DNA of 64,000 bases from a virus: the IMG/VR virus record IMGVR_UViG_3300017766_002362, positions 7,785-71,784 of that record; one strand, 5' to 3'. The notes under the pieces are model-generated. The model searched no databases. It saw only the letters and a program-made list of their open reading frames with translations, and was not told the origin of the DNA. Position numbers and translations under genes: made by a program. This document shows, in pieces, positions 46,753 through 56,108 of the stretch (within the stretch, counting starts at the first letter, position 1; each line of letters starts with the position of its first letter).

Positions 46753-48402
46753 TTACGCATTAAGTTTAATTATAACGACACCAGAACCGCCAGAAGCGCC
46801 ATTTGTAGAGTTACCTCCACCGCCACCTCCTCCACCGAGATTAGCAGTTCCAGATGTTGCTGCAATTGAAGATGATCCATTACCTCCACCACCAGAGCCA
46901 CCAGTTCCAACAGTAGCTGGAGCAGCTGCAACAACACCACCACCACCTCCACCAGCATAGGTCACTGATGTGCCAGAAAGAGATGATGCAGTTCCAGTTC
47001 CGCCATTACCTCCTGCAGAATTAGTTCCATTTGAACCAACAGCACCTGCACCACCACCACCTGCACCACCATAATTAGGCGCATTACCACCTGATCCACC
47101 ATTATTTCCTTGTGATGGTGATGTTGATGGTGTGTTGCCAGTGCCTGCATTTGATCTATTTGCTCCTCCTCCACCTGATCCACCACTTGCTCCTGCTGCA
47201 GGTGCATTCGGTAATGCTGGACCATTTGAACCACCACCACCACCGCCATTAGAGGTTATTGTACTAAATGTTGAATTCCCGCCAGAACTTCCTTGCGCTG
47301 TTGTTGATGATCCTGCTCCTCCAGCACCTACTGTAATCGTGTAGGTATTGCCAGCAGTAACTGATAAGCCAGTGCCAGTTCTAAATCCACCTGCTCCTCC
47401 ACCACCAGCACCAGTAAATCCTCCTCCACCACCACCAGCAACAACGAGATAATCAACAGATGTGACACCTTCTGGGCAAATCCATTCGGCTGATGAGTTG
47501 AATACTTGTGCACCTGTTCCTGGCATTGTGTATTTAAGAATAACGACACCAGAGCCGCCAGCAGCACCAGCGTTCGCAATATTGCCGCCACCACCACCGC
47601 CACCACCTAAATTGGCTGTTCCTGCTGTTCCTGTGCTGCCGCTACCAGCACCGCCGCCACCAGAGCCACCTGCACCACCAGTACTATTTCCACCACCACC
47701 ACCACCTCCTGCGCGAGTTACTGCCGTTCCTGTAATGGTTGATGATGCTCCAGCACCACCAGCACCACCAGCAGCATTTGGTGCATTTCCACCAACAGCC
47801 CCTGCGCCTCCGCCTCCACCGCCACCAAATCCTGGTCCGCCTGGTGCTGGTGAACCATTTCCTCCAGCATTTCCTTGTGATGGTGATGTTGATGGAGTAT
47901 TTCCTGGATATCCGAAACCAGATGGTCGACCACCACCGCCTGATCCACCAGCAGCAGCATCTCCAGTTGGATATCTGCCTCCACCACCACCACCATTTGA
48001 TGTTATAGTGCTAAAAATTGTATTTCCGCCAGGAAATCCAATAGTACCGCTCGGAGCAACGCCAGTTCCACCAGCACCACCAGCACCTACTGTAACTGTG
48101 TAAGTGTTTCCAGCAGTGACTGATAGACCTGTTCCTGTTCTGTAACCACCTGCTCCTCCGCCACCCGAAAGAGTACATCCACCTCCAGCTCCACCAGCAA
48201 TCACAAGATATTCAACTTCAGTGACGCCTGTTGGTGCAGTCCATGAACCAGATTGATTGAATACAAGAACAACAGTTCTAGGTGGCGCCACAAAATTCCA
48301 TAATGGATTATTGATTCTGCCAGGATTTAATGCATTGTATTTGCCCGTCGGAGAGTATCCGAGAGCAGTTAAAGATGCTAATGAAAAAACTTTAATAGCC
48401 AT
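46753..48402 (-). CDS. Glycine-rich virion protein with two repeated domains (cassette 1)
   Basis: Paralogue of 44209..45936; ends GVVIIKLNA. Confidence 0.85.
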   Translation of the reverse strand: MAIKVFSLASLTALGYSPTGKYNALNPGRINNPLWNFVAPPRTVVLVFNQSGSWTAPTGVTEVEYLVIAGGAGGGCTLSGGGGAGGYRTGTGLSVTAGNTYTVTVGAGGAGGTGVAPSGTIGFPGGNTIFSTITSNGGGGGGRYPTGDAAAGGSGGGGRPSGFGYPGNTPSTSPSQGNAGGNGSPAPGGPGFGGGGGGGAGAVGGNAPNAAGGAGGAGASSTITGTAVTRAGGGGGGGNSTGGAGGSGGGGAGSGSTGTAGTANLGGGGGGGGNIANAGAAGGSGVVILKYTMPGTGAQVFNSSAEWICPEGVTSVDYLVVAGGGGGGFTGAGGGGAGGFRTGTGLSVTAGNTYTITVGAGGAGSSTTAQGSSGGNSTFSTITSNGGGGGGSNGPALPNAPAAGASGGSGGGGANRSNAGTGNTPSTSPSQGNNGGSGGNAPNYGGAGGGGAGAVGSNGTNSAGGNGGTGTASSLSGTSVTYAGGGGGGVVAAAPATVGTGGSGGGGNGSSSIAATSGTANLGGGGGGGGNSTNGASGGSGVVIIKLNA

Positions 48403-48403
48403 A

Positions 48404-48736
48404 TTAGGTAATTTCTACACCAAAGACGCTAAACGAAACATTACTATTTGCTGAATAAACAGAAACCACATCGGTATTTCCTAAAGAAAGACCAAGAGAA
48501 AGAGCAACTGTATCAAGTGCAGTTACAGTTGAATCGTATGCAATATAATGTTGATTTGCTAATGCTGCTCCAGCTGGCTGTACGGCAAGACGATATGTAA
48601 TATTTGCGTTGTTATTTCTGTTTGTAACTACAATAGAAGAAACAACTGCTTGCGTACTTGCTGGGACAGTGTAAACATTTGCGGTTGTTGCTGCGTTTGG
48701 AGCAGATTGACCTAATACTTTATATGTTTGTGGCAT
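48404..48736 (-). CDS. Small beta-sandwich virion protein (MPQTYKVLGQ type; cassette 1)
   Basis: YTVPASTQAVVSS...YIAYD...FSVFGVEIT. Confidence 0.75.
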   Translation of the reverse strand: MPQTYKVLGQSAPNAATTANVYTVPASTQAVVSSIVVTNRNNNANITYRLAVQPAGAALANQHYIAYDSTVTALDTVALSLGLSLGNTDVVSVYSANSNVSFSVFGVEIT

Positions 48737-48750
48737 TTAAAATTACCTTA

Positions 48751-51700
48751 TTATAAGCCAAGTAAAAATGGATGGAATACTTCAGTGACTGCAGCTCCTT
48801 GAACACCCTGAACACCCTGCGCACCTATTGTGCCTTGAACACCTGCGCCTGTTGTTCCAACTTCTGCCCACTGATTGCTGTCTCCATCGCTAATATATTT
48901 AAGCAAGACACCAAGATCGGTGTTGAACCATTCATCGCCAGAAGCTGGTGATACTGGAGCAGTGTTTCCAGAAGTAAATGTACCGCCACCACCGCCACCG
49001 CCTGTAATTGTAACAGTGACATCATTGTTTGAGTTGCTCGCAGTGACTCCAGCACCAACAAAGTTAATACTTGCAACATTTGTTGTTATATTAGAGCCTT
49101 CATCTTTGATTGTAATTGCAGCTGCGCCACCACCGCCACCACCAGAGGCACCTTGAATTCCTTGGATACCTTGTACACCTGTGCCAGTCGCACCTTGAGT
49201 GCCTGCTCCAGTGGTTCCTTGTGCTCCAATTGTTCCTTGAGTGCCTGTTGTTCCTTGTGGACCAAGATCAGATATATTAATTGGTCCACCCATTGCTGAG
49301 TGATTTTGGCAGACATAATATAATGTGCTAGGTGCATTATATGGAACTGCAAATGTTATTGCTCCAACCTGCGCGCCGCCATTCGTAACACCAGTGCTGT
49401 AAGTATTTCCAGCATTGTAAGCACCAGAACTTGTCTGGAACCAGAAAGGATGCCCAGAAGCATTTACATCAAAAATATAAGTAAATCCACGCAACAGATT
49501 TAGTGTTGGATTATTTGATCCATCAATTGTGTAAGCACTAGAACCACTGTTTGTAACAGTGTATGTTCTTGCGCCGAGAGCACCTTGTGTGCCTTGCGTT
49601 CCAATCGCTCCCTGTGATCCTATTGTTCCCTGCGAGCCTACTGCACCTTGAGTTCCTAATGTTCCTTGAGAACCATTAGTTCCTTGAGTTCCTGTTAGAC
49701 CTTGTGAACCTACAGCACCTTGAGTTCCTAATGTTCCTTGTGAACCTAATGCGCCTTGCGATCCTATAACACCTTGAGAACCTACAGCACCCTGAGTTCC
49801 TAGAGTTCCTTGAGTCCCTAATGTTCCTTGTGAACCAATAACACCTTGTGTTCCTAATGTTCCTTGAGAACCTACAGCACCCTGAGTTCCTAGAGTTCCT
49901 TGTGATCCTTCAATTCCTTGAGAACCTATTAGACCTTGTGATCCAACAGTTCCTTGAGTTCCTAATGTTCCTTGTGTTCCACTGGCTCCTTGTGTTCCAG
50001 TTGTTCCTTGCGCACCAGTGTCTCCCTTATCACCAGTGCGAACAAATGTAATAATAACGTTTGTTGAGTTTGGTAGTGCGGTTATGCCTGCTGTGTGAGC
50101 AATCGGAACGGAGAAATAATTAGGAAGTTCGACATGCAAACCTGTGATATTAAAGAACGCAAATTCAAGAACATTTGCAGTGTTTGCAACTTTAAATGTT
50201 CCCTTAATTGAAGAAGTTGAATCATCAATTGTTTGCAAATAATTAAACACATTTGCTGTAGATTGATCAATGAAATCAATAAACAATGCATTTGCTGAAG
50301 AGAATGTTGTATTATTAAATTTAAGATTTCCGTTGCCTGGATCTGTGTTTGCAGTGTCAGTTAGATACGCATAATCAAAAGTTGCACCACCGAAGTCACC
50401 AGTGTCGCCCTTTACGCCTGTTGTACCTTGTGTTCCAATTAAACCTTGGGATCCAATTGTTCCCTGTGATCCAACTGTTCCTTGAGATCCATCAGTTCCT
50501 TGAGTTCCTGTTAGACCTTGTGAACCCACAGTGCCTTGTGAACCATTAGTGCCTTGCGATCCTACTGTTCCTTGCGTTCCTTCAGTTCCTTGAGATCCTG
50601 TAGTTCCTTGAGTGCCGTTTGTTCCTTGTGAACCAGTTGCGCCTTGAGATCCTGTTAGACCTTGCGTTCCTTCAGTTCCTTGAGATCCTGTAGTTCCTTG
50701 AGTGCCGTTTGTTCCTTGTGAACCTACAGTACCCTGAGAACCTTCAGTACCTTGTGAACCTGTAGTTCCTTGAGATCCTACTGTTCCTTGAGTTCCGTTT
50801 GTTCCTTGTGAACCCACAGTGCCCTGCGAGCCTACTGTTCCTTGTGATCCTGTTGTTCCCTGAGATCCTGCAGTACCCTGAGAACCTTCAGTTCCTTGCG
50901 AACCAGTGACACCTTGAGATCCAGTTAATCCTTGCGAACCTGTTAGACCTTGTGATCCAATTAAACCCTGCGATCCGTCAGTTCCTTGCGAGCCTGTTGT
51001 TCCCTGTGAGCCAGTGACGCCTTGAGATCCAGTTAATCCTTGCGAACCTGTTGTTCCTTGAGTTCCGTTTGTTCCTTGTGTACCTGTTGCTCCTTGCGAT
51101 CCTACTGTTCCTTGGATTCCAGTATCACCATTTCTTGATATATTAAATCCTGTTAGATCACCATCGTCTATTGCATCAGAAGATATTGAAAGTGTTGTAA
51201 CTCCAATCTCATAATATCCAGTTTTCTTTGTAATATTATCAACTTGAAGATACCATCTTTCAGTTGCCGCAGAACCACGAAGGCTCAAGAAACCCTTTGG
51301 TGTTGCTGATGAGTTGAATACTTGACTTATGAATGGATAAACATTAGCACCAGCAACATCATTATCATCTAACCAAATTTTTGTAATTGCTGATTGTGTG
51401 TTAGGATTATCGCAGTGGAATGATTGAGAATCTGGTGCAGTGTCTGTTGTTTTTGCAGTATCAAAGGTGTAGAAGAAGAATCCGCCGACAGCACCAACAG
51501 AACCTGTAGTACCTTGTGTACCATCAGTTCCTTGTAAACCTAATGTTCCTTGTGCGCCTGTTAATCCTTGAGATCCAGTTAAACCCTGCGAGCCTACTGT
51601 TCCTTGTGATCCTGTTGTTCCCTGTGAACCAGAGACGCCTTGAGATCCTACTGTTCCTTGAGTTCCCTCAGCTCCTTGAGATCCTGTAGCACCTTGAGTT

Positions 51701-54700
51701 CCATTAGTGCCTTGCGATCCTACTGTTCCTTGTGCGCCATTTGTTCCTTGCGCACCAGTTGTACCTTGTGATCCAGATCCTGTAGTACCTTGTGTACCAT
51801 CAGTTCCTTGTACGCCACTAGATCCTTGCGAACCAGTCGCACCTTGAACTCCAGTATCACCCTTGTCACCAGTTCGAACAAACGTAATGACAACATTTGT
51901 AGAGTCAGGTAATGTTGTTACGCCAACAGTATGAGCAACAGGAATAAAGAAGTAATTTGCAACATGACCATGCAAGCCATTAATATCAAAAAATGCAAAC
52001 TCAAGAACGTTTGCTGTATTCGCAACTTTAAATGTTCCCTTAATCGTTGATGTTGAATCATCAATCGTTTGGAGATAATTGAAAACGTTTGCAGCACTTT
52101 TATCTAGGAAATCAATGTATAATGTTGTTGCTGATGATAGTGTGGTGTTATCAAATTTTAAATTTGCTGTTCCAGGATCTGTGTTTGCTGTATTCGTTAA
52201 GTAGATGTAATCGAACGACGCACCACCAAAACTACCAGTGTCGCCCTTTAGACCTGTTGTTCCCTGTATTCCAGTTAGACCTTGGGATCCAATTGTTCCC
52301 TGTGATCCAACTGTTCCTTGAGATCCATCAGTTCCTTGTACACCAAGTGTTCCTTGTGAACCAATAACTCCCTGAGAACCATTAAGACCCTGAGATCCAA
52401 TTGTTCCCTGCGCTCCTAATGTTCCTTGAGATCCTGTTGTTCCTTGAGATCCAATTAAACCTTGCGCACCTTCTGTACCTTGCGAACCAGTAACTCCCTG
52501 AGAACCAGTTAATCCTTGAGAACCTGTTAAACCTTGAGATCCAATTGTTCCTTGTAAACCATCTGTTCCCTGCGTACCTGTTGATCCTTGAGAACCAGTT
52601 GTTCCTTGTGATCCTGTTGTTCCTGTTGAACCATTTGAACCAGTAAGACCTTGAGATCCAATCGTTCCCTGCGAACCGTCAGTTCCTTGAGTTCCTAATG
52701 TTCCTTGAGAACCTGTTAAACCTTGAGATCCAGTGGTTCCTTGTGATCCTATAATACCTTGAGAGCCTATTGTTCCTTGAGCACCTAACGAACCTTGAGT
52801 TCCATTAGTACCTTGCGATCCTTCAGCACCTTGAGATCCAGTGACACCCTGAGATCCTGTAGTTCCTTGTGAACCAAGAGTTCCTTGAGTTCCCAGTGCG
52901 CCTTGTATACCAGGATTTCCTAGTGTTCCTTGAGTACCAATAACACCTTGAACGCCTTGAGAACCAATTGCTCCTTGCGTCCCTGTCCCAGTTAAACCTT
53001 GTATACCAATTAATCCTTGCGTTCCTTCAGTTCCTTGAGATCCAGTAGTTCCTTGGGTTCCGTTTGTTCCTTGTGTACCTGTTAATCCTTGAGAACCAAT
53101 TGTTCCTTGAGCACCACTTCCTGTAGCACCTTGCGTACCGTCAGTTCCTTGTGTACCTGTTAATCCTTGAGAACCAATTGTTCCTTGAGCGCCACTTCCT
53201 GTTGTTCCTTGTGTTCCAAATGTTCCTTGAACACCCTGAACACCTTGCGATCCCAATGTTCCTTGAGGTCCAACAGCACCTTGAGCGCCTATAGCACCTG
53301 TTGCACCAGCAAGATTAACTTCCCAATTGTTGAAACTTCCAGAACCACTAGTGGTCGTCACATTAAGACTTAATTCACCAGTTGATTCATTATAATCTGT
53401 AACAACACCTTCCATGTAAATACTGGAAGTGTTAGCAACTCTTACTTCTTGAGAAATCGAGTATGCTAGATCTGCTGCGATAGTGAGTAATTTGATACCT
53501 TCAGAAATCGACAACGTTGTTGTACTTACAGTTTGATACGTATCTCCAGCTAAACCAATTAATCCTTGAGCACCAAGAGTTCCTTGAGATCCTAAAGTTC
53601 CTTGCGATCCTCGAGTTCCTTGAATGCCTTGAGTACCTTGTACTCCGAGGGAACCTTGCGTTCCTTGCGAACCTTGTGTTCCAGTTAAACCTTGGGATCC
53701 TTCTGTTCCTTGAGATCCTATTGTTCCCTGCGCACCTGTTGATCCTTGTACACCAAATGCGCCTTGAGATCCAGTAACACCCTGAGATCCTGTAGTTCCT
53801 TGTGAACCTCCAGTTCCTCCAGTTCCTTGCGATCCTGTGTTTCCTTGAGTTCCTGTTAATCCTTGTGAACCTGTAGTTCCCTGTGATCCAGTTGTTCCTT
53901 GATTACCAATCGCGCCTTGGGAACCTGTTGTTCCTTGCGTCCCATCAACGCCTTGAGAACCAATAGTTCCTTGAGCACCAAGAGTTCCTTGAGTGCCATT
54001 TGCGCCTTGCGTTCCACTAGCACCTTGAGAACCAATAGTTCCTTGAGCACCAAGAGTTCCCTGCGCTCCTAATGTTCCTTGAGATCCTGTTGTTCCTTGT
54101 GGACCACCTGATGGACCTTGTAAACCTGTAGATCCTTGTGGACCTGTTGTTCCTTGTGTTCCAACTTTAATGAGAAGTGAAGTAGCAGCCCATGTATCAA
54201 GAGTGCTAGTCGTAAATAATGCTTGATTATATCTTAGATAAACACCACTATATGTTTTTGCTCCTGCTGGAACAGAAATTTCTTTGAGCGTCCAAGTATT
54301 TCCAGTTTGATCAGCAACAGCAGATGTGTGCATTGTTGTCCATGTATTACCATCTGCGGAATACTGAACTAGGAAATCTTCATTTACATCAGGTGATTCA
54401 CCCCAATTACCATCCAATCCAGCATTAACATAATAGTACGCATAATCAACGAACACCAAGAAAACTTTATTCTTAGTAGTAACTGTTCTGTTTGATATTC
54501 CATCAAATTTTATAATTGATGCGGAACTTGGAACAACTGCTGTGGTACTTAAACCTGAGACTGAATTTACTGTGGTTACAGTTGCGCCAGAGCCAACATT
54601 TAATGTTGTTTCTGCGCTGAGGTCAAGTAACGCATAACCTGTTGTACCAGTAAATCCTTGTGTACCTTGTACACCTTGTGCTCCACTTCCTGTTGATCCT

Positions 54701-55671
54701 TGCACACCGAAAGGACCTTGTGTACCTGTTGCGCCTTGTGTACCTGTTGGACCTTGGAAAGTGCCCATGTCGACATACAATCCTTCTCCTGTATATGCAT
54801 ACAAATGTGGAGTAGGAATGCCGTCTAGTACAACATATGAATCACCAATATTTGGTGTTGGTGAAAGTGGTAGATTGGTGTTTGTAGAAACTGATCCTTT
54901 TAGAATCAATGTACCTGCTGAAACACCACCGATCGTTGATCCTGCTGGCAAACTAATTGCTGTGCCATCAGAGGACATTGAAACGCCACCGAGATTGATT
55001 GTTGTACCAGAAAGATACAAGTCTCTCCATCGGTGCGTAGGACTACCCAAGTCGTAAACTTCATTCAATGATGGGACGAGATTACCAGCAACATTTGATG
55101 TTACTCTCAATACACTCGCATTAAGAGTTGCAACGTTTGCTGATGTTGCATTTATTGTTGCGACATTCGTAATAGCAAAATTATTTGCGTCTAGATTTGC
55201 TGTGAGTGAACCACCAGTTAATATTCCACCACCAATCGCACCCTGAATACCAGCTAAACCTTGAGAGCCTGTTGCTCCTTGTACACTGGCGCCAGTTGTT
55301 CCTTGTGCGCCTAATGCTCCTTGAGCACCTAGTATTTGACCTGCGTTAATATATCCGCTTTGTGTTGATGAATAGATATAAAGATTGCTGTCTTCAATAA
55401 CAATATATCCATCACCATCATTCGCAGAAGGTGGTAGATCTGAAATTAGGCTGACTGTTCCTGCAACTTGTAATCCGCTGCCAGTATTACCCCTGACACC
55501 TTGTATTCCTTGTATTCCAGTGCCAGTCGTTCCTTGACTACCCTGCACACCTTGCGAGCCATCTTCTCCAATATGACCTTGTGCGCCTGTAGCACCTTGC
55601 GCACCACTTGGACCAGTGGCACCAACTGTTAACGAAACAAGTCTATTTTGGCTATTATTTGTAATCTTCAT
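48751..55671 (-). CDS. 2306-aa collagen-like fibre protein
   Basis: Hundreds of Gly-X-Y triplets (GSQGTT/GTQGAT) interrupted by globular modules; ends EVFHPFLLGL. Confidence 0.92.
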   Translation of the reverse strand: MKITNNSQNRLVSLTVGATGPSGAQGATGAQGHIGEDGSQGVQGSQGTTGTGIQGIQGVRGNTGSGLQVAGTVSLISDLPPSANDGDGYIVIEDSNLYIYSSTQSGYINAGQILGAQGALGAQGTTGASVQGATGSQGLAGIQGAIGGGILTGGSLTANLDANNFAITNVATINATSANVATLNASVLRVTSNVAGNLVPSLNEVYDLGSPTHRWRDLYLSGTTINLGGVSMSSDGTAISLPAGSTIGGVSAGTLILKGSVSTNTNLPLSPTPNIGDSYVVLDGIPTPHLYAYTGEGLYVDMGTFQGPTGTQGATGTQGPFGVQGSTGSGAQGVQGTQGFTGTTGYALLDLSAETTLNVGSGATVTTVNSVSGLSTTAVVPSSASIIKFDGISNRTVTTKNKVFLVFVDYAYYYVNAGLDGNWGESPDVNEDFLVQYSADGNTWTTMHTSAVADQTGNTWTLKEISVPAGAKTYSGVYLRYNQALFTTSTLDTWAATSLLIKVGTQGTTGPQGSTGLQGPSGGPQGTTGSQGTLGAQGTLGAQGTIGSQGASGTQGANGTQGTLGAQGTIGSQGVDGTQGTTGSQGAIGNQGTTGSQGTTGSQGLTGTQGNTGSQGTGGTGGSQGTTGSQGVTGSQGAFGVQGSTGAQGTIGSQGTEGSQGLTGTQGSQGTQGSLGVQGTQGIQGTRGSQGTLGSQGTLGAQGLIGLAGDTYQTVSTTTLSISEGIKLLTIAADLAYSISQEVRVANTSSIYMEGVVTDYNESTGELSLNVTTTSGSGSFNNWEVNLAGATGAIGAQGAVGPQGTLGSQGVQGVQGTFGTQGTTGSGAQGTIGSQGLTGTQGTDGTQGATGSGAQGTIGSQGLTGTQGTNGTQGTTGSQGTEGTQGLIGIQGLTGTGTQGAIGSQGVQGVIGTQGTLGNPGIQGALGTQGTLGSQGTTGSQGVTGSQGAEGSQGTNGTQGSLGAQGTIGSQGIIGSQGTTGSQGLTGSQGTLGTQGTDGSQGTIGSQGLTGSNGSTGTTGSQGTTGSQGSTGTQGTDGLQGTIGSQGLTGSQGLTGSQGVTGSQGTEGAQGLIGSQGTTGSQGTLGAQGTIGSQGLNGSQGVIGSQGTLGVQGTDGSQGTVGSQGTIGSQGLTGIQGTTGLKGDTGSFGGASFDYIYLTNTANTDPGTANLKFDNTTLSSATTLYIDFLDKSAANVFNYLQTIDDSTSTIKGTFKVANTANVLEFAFFDINGLHGHVANYFFIPVAHTVGVTTLPDSTNVVITFVRTGDKGDTGVQGATGSQGSSGVQGTDGTQGTTGSGSQGTTGAQGTNGAQGTVGSQGTNGTQGATGSQGAEGTQGTVGSQGVSGSQGTTGSQGTVGSQGLTGSQGLTGAQGTLGLQGTDGTQGTTGSVGAVGGFFFYTFDTAKTTDTAPDSQSFHCDNPNTQSAITKIWLDDNDVAGANVYPFISQVFNSSATPKGFLSLRGSAATERWYLQVDNITKKTGYYEIGVTTLSISSDAIDDGDLTGFNISRNGDTGIQGTVGSQGATGTQGTNGTQGTTGSQGLTGSQGVTGSQGTTGSQGTDGSQGLIGSQGLTGSQGLTGSQGVTGSQGTEGSQGTAGSQGTTGSQGTVGSQGTVGSQGTNGTQGTVGSQGTTGSQGTEGSQGTVGSQGTNGTQGTTGSQGTEGTQGLTGSQGATGSQGTNGTQGTTGSQGTEGTQGTVGSQGTNGSQGTVGSQGLTGTQGTDGSQGTVGSQGTIGSQGLIGTQGTTGVKGDTGDFGGATFDYAYLTDTANTDPGNGNLKFNNTTFSSANALFIDFIDQSTANVFNYLQTIDDSTSSIKGTFKVANTANVLEFAFFNITGLHVELPNYFSVPIAHTAGITALPNSTNVIITFVRTGDKGDTGAQGTTGTQGASGTQGTLGTQGTVGSQGLIGSQGIEGSQGTLGTQGAVGSQGTLGTQGVIGSQGTLGTQGTLGTQGAVGSQGVIGSQGALGSQGTLGTQGAVGSQGLTGTQGTNGSQGTLGTQGAVGSQGTIGSQGAIGTQGTQGALGARTYTVTNSGSSAYTIDGSNNPTLNLLRGFTYIFDVNASGHPFWFQTSSGAYNAGNTYSTGVTNGGAQVGAITFAVPYNAPSTLYYVCQNHSAMGGPINISDLGPQGTTGTQGTIGAQGTTGAGTQGATGTGVQGIQGIQGASGGGGGGAAAITIKDEGSNITTNVASINFVGAGVTASNSNNDVTVTITGGGGGGGTFTSGNTAPVSPASGDEWFNTDLGVLLKYISDGDSNQWAEVGTTGAGVQGTIGAQGVQGVQGAAVTEVFHPFLLGL

Positions 55672-55687
55672 CTATTATTATGCTACC

Positions 55688-56017
55688 TTATCTAGTAACT
55701 TGTGGCGTTACAGTGACAATTCCTTCCAAGATACGGTTTGTGGTTCCGCTTTGCAACATCTTTAAATCAAACAAATATCTTCCAGCTTTAATATTAGCAG
55801 TGTTAGCAGCATCAATACCTAAAATTATATCGCCATTGGCTGAATTCGCTTTTGTAACAGTTATATTAGCGGTTATATTTGACGAAAAGTATGATTTGCG
55901 GATTTGGCATGTGAATATGGCATTAGCCACGTTCATCGCAGAACCGTCGTCATTTGCTAGAGTAAGGTCAGAAGAAAACGTGGTTCCCTGATCTAAAGTT
56001 ATTTCTGCATATGCCAT
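55688..56017 (-). CDS. Small baseplate/fibre-attachment-like protein
   Basis: LDQGTTF...QIRKSY...AGRYLFD...RILEGIVTVTPQVT. Confidence 0.7.
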   Translation of the reverse strand: MAYAEITLDQGTTFSSDLTLANDDGSAMNVANAIFTCQIRKSYFSSNITANITVTKANSANGDIILGIDAANTANIKAGRYLFDLKMLQSGTTNRILEGIVTVTPQVTR

Positions 56018-56108
56018 TTAAACTTCTCTTTATATTACAATATTTAGGGTTGTTGTTAGTTTACTGCATAAAAAACCGCATTTTGTATTATTTATATTAA
56101 CAAAATTC

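Noticed and set aside
44209-48402. Possible diversity-generating retroelement TR/VR pair among Gly-rich paralogues
   Set aside because: No reverse transcriptase in the window, and the differences I could see are not adenine-specific
49560-54150. Dense 9/18-bp periodic repeats resembling a CRISPR or satellite array
   Set aside because: They are collagen Gly-X-Y codons within one ORF; no constant repeat with unique spacers and no cas genes
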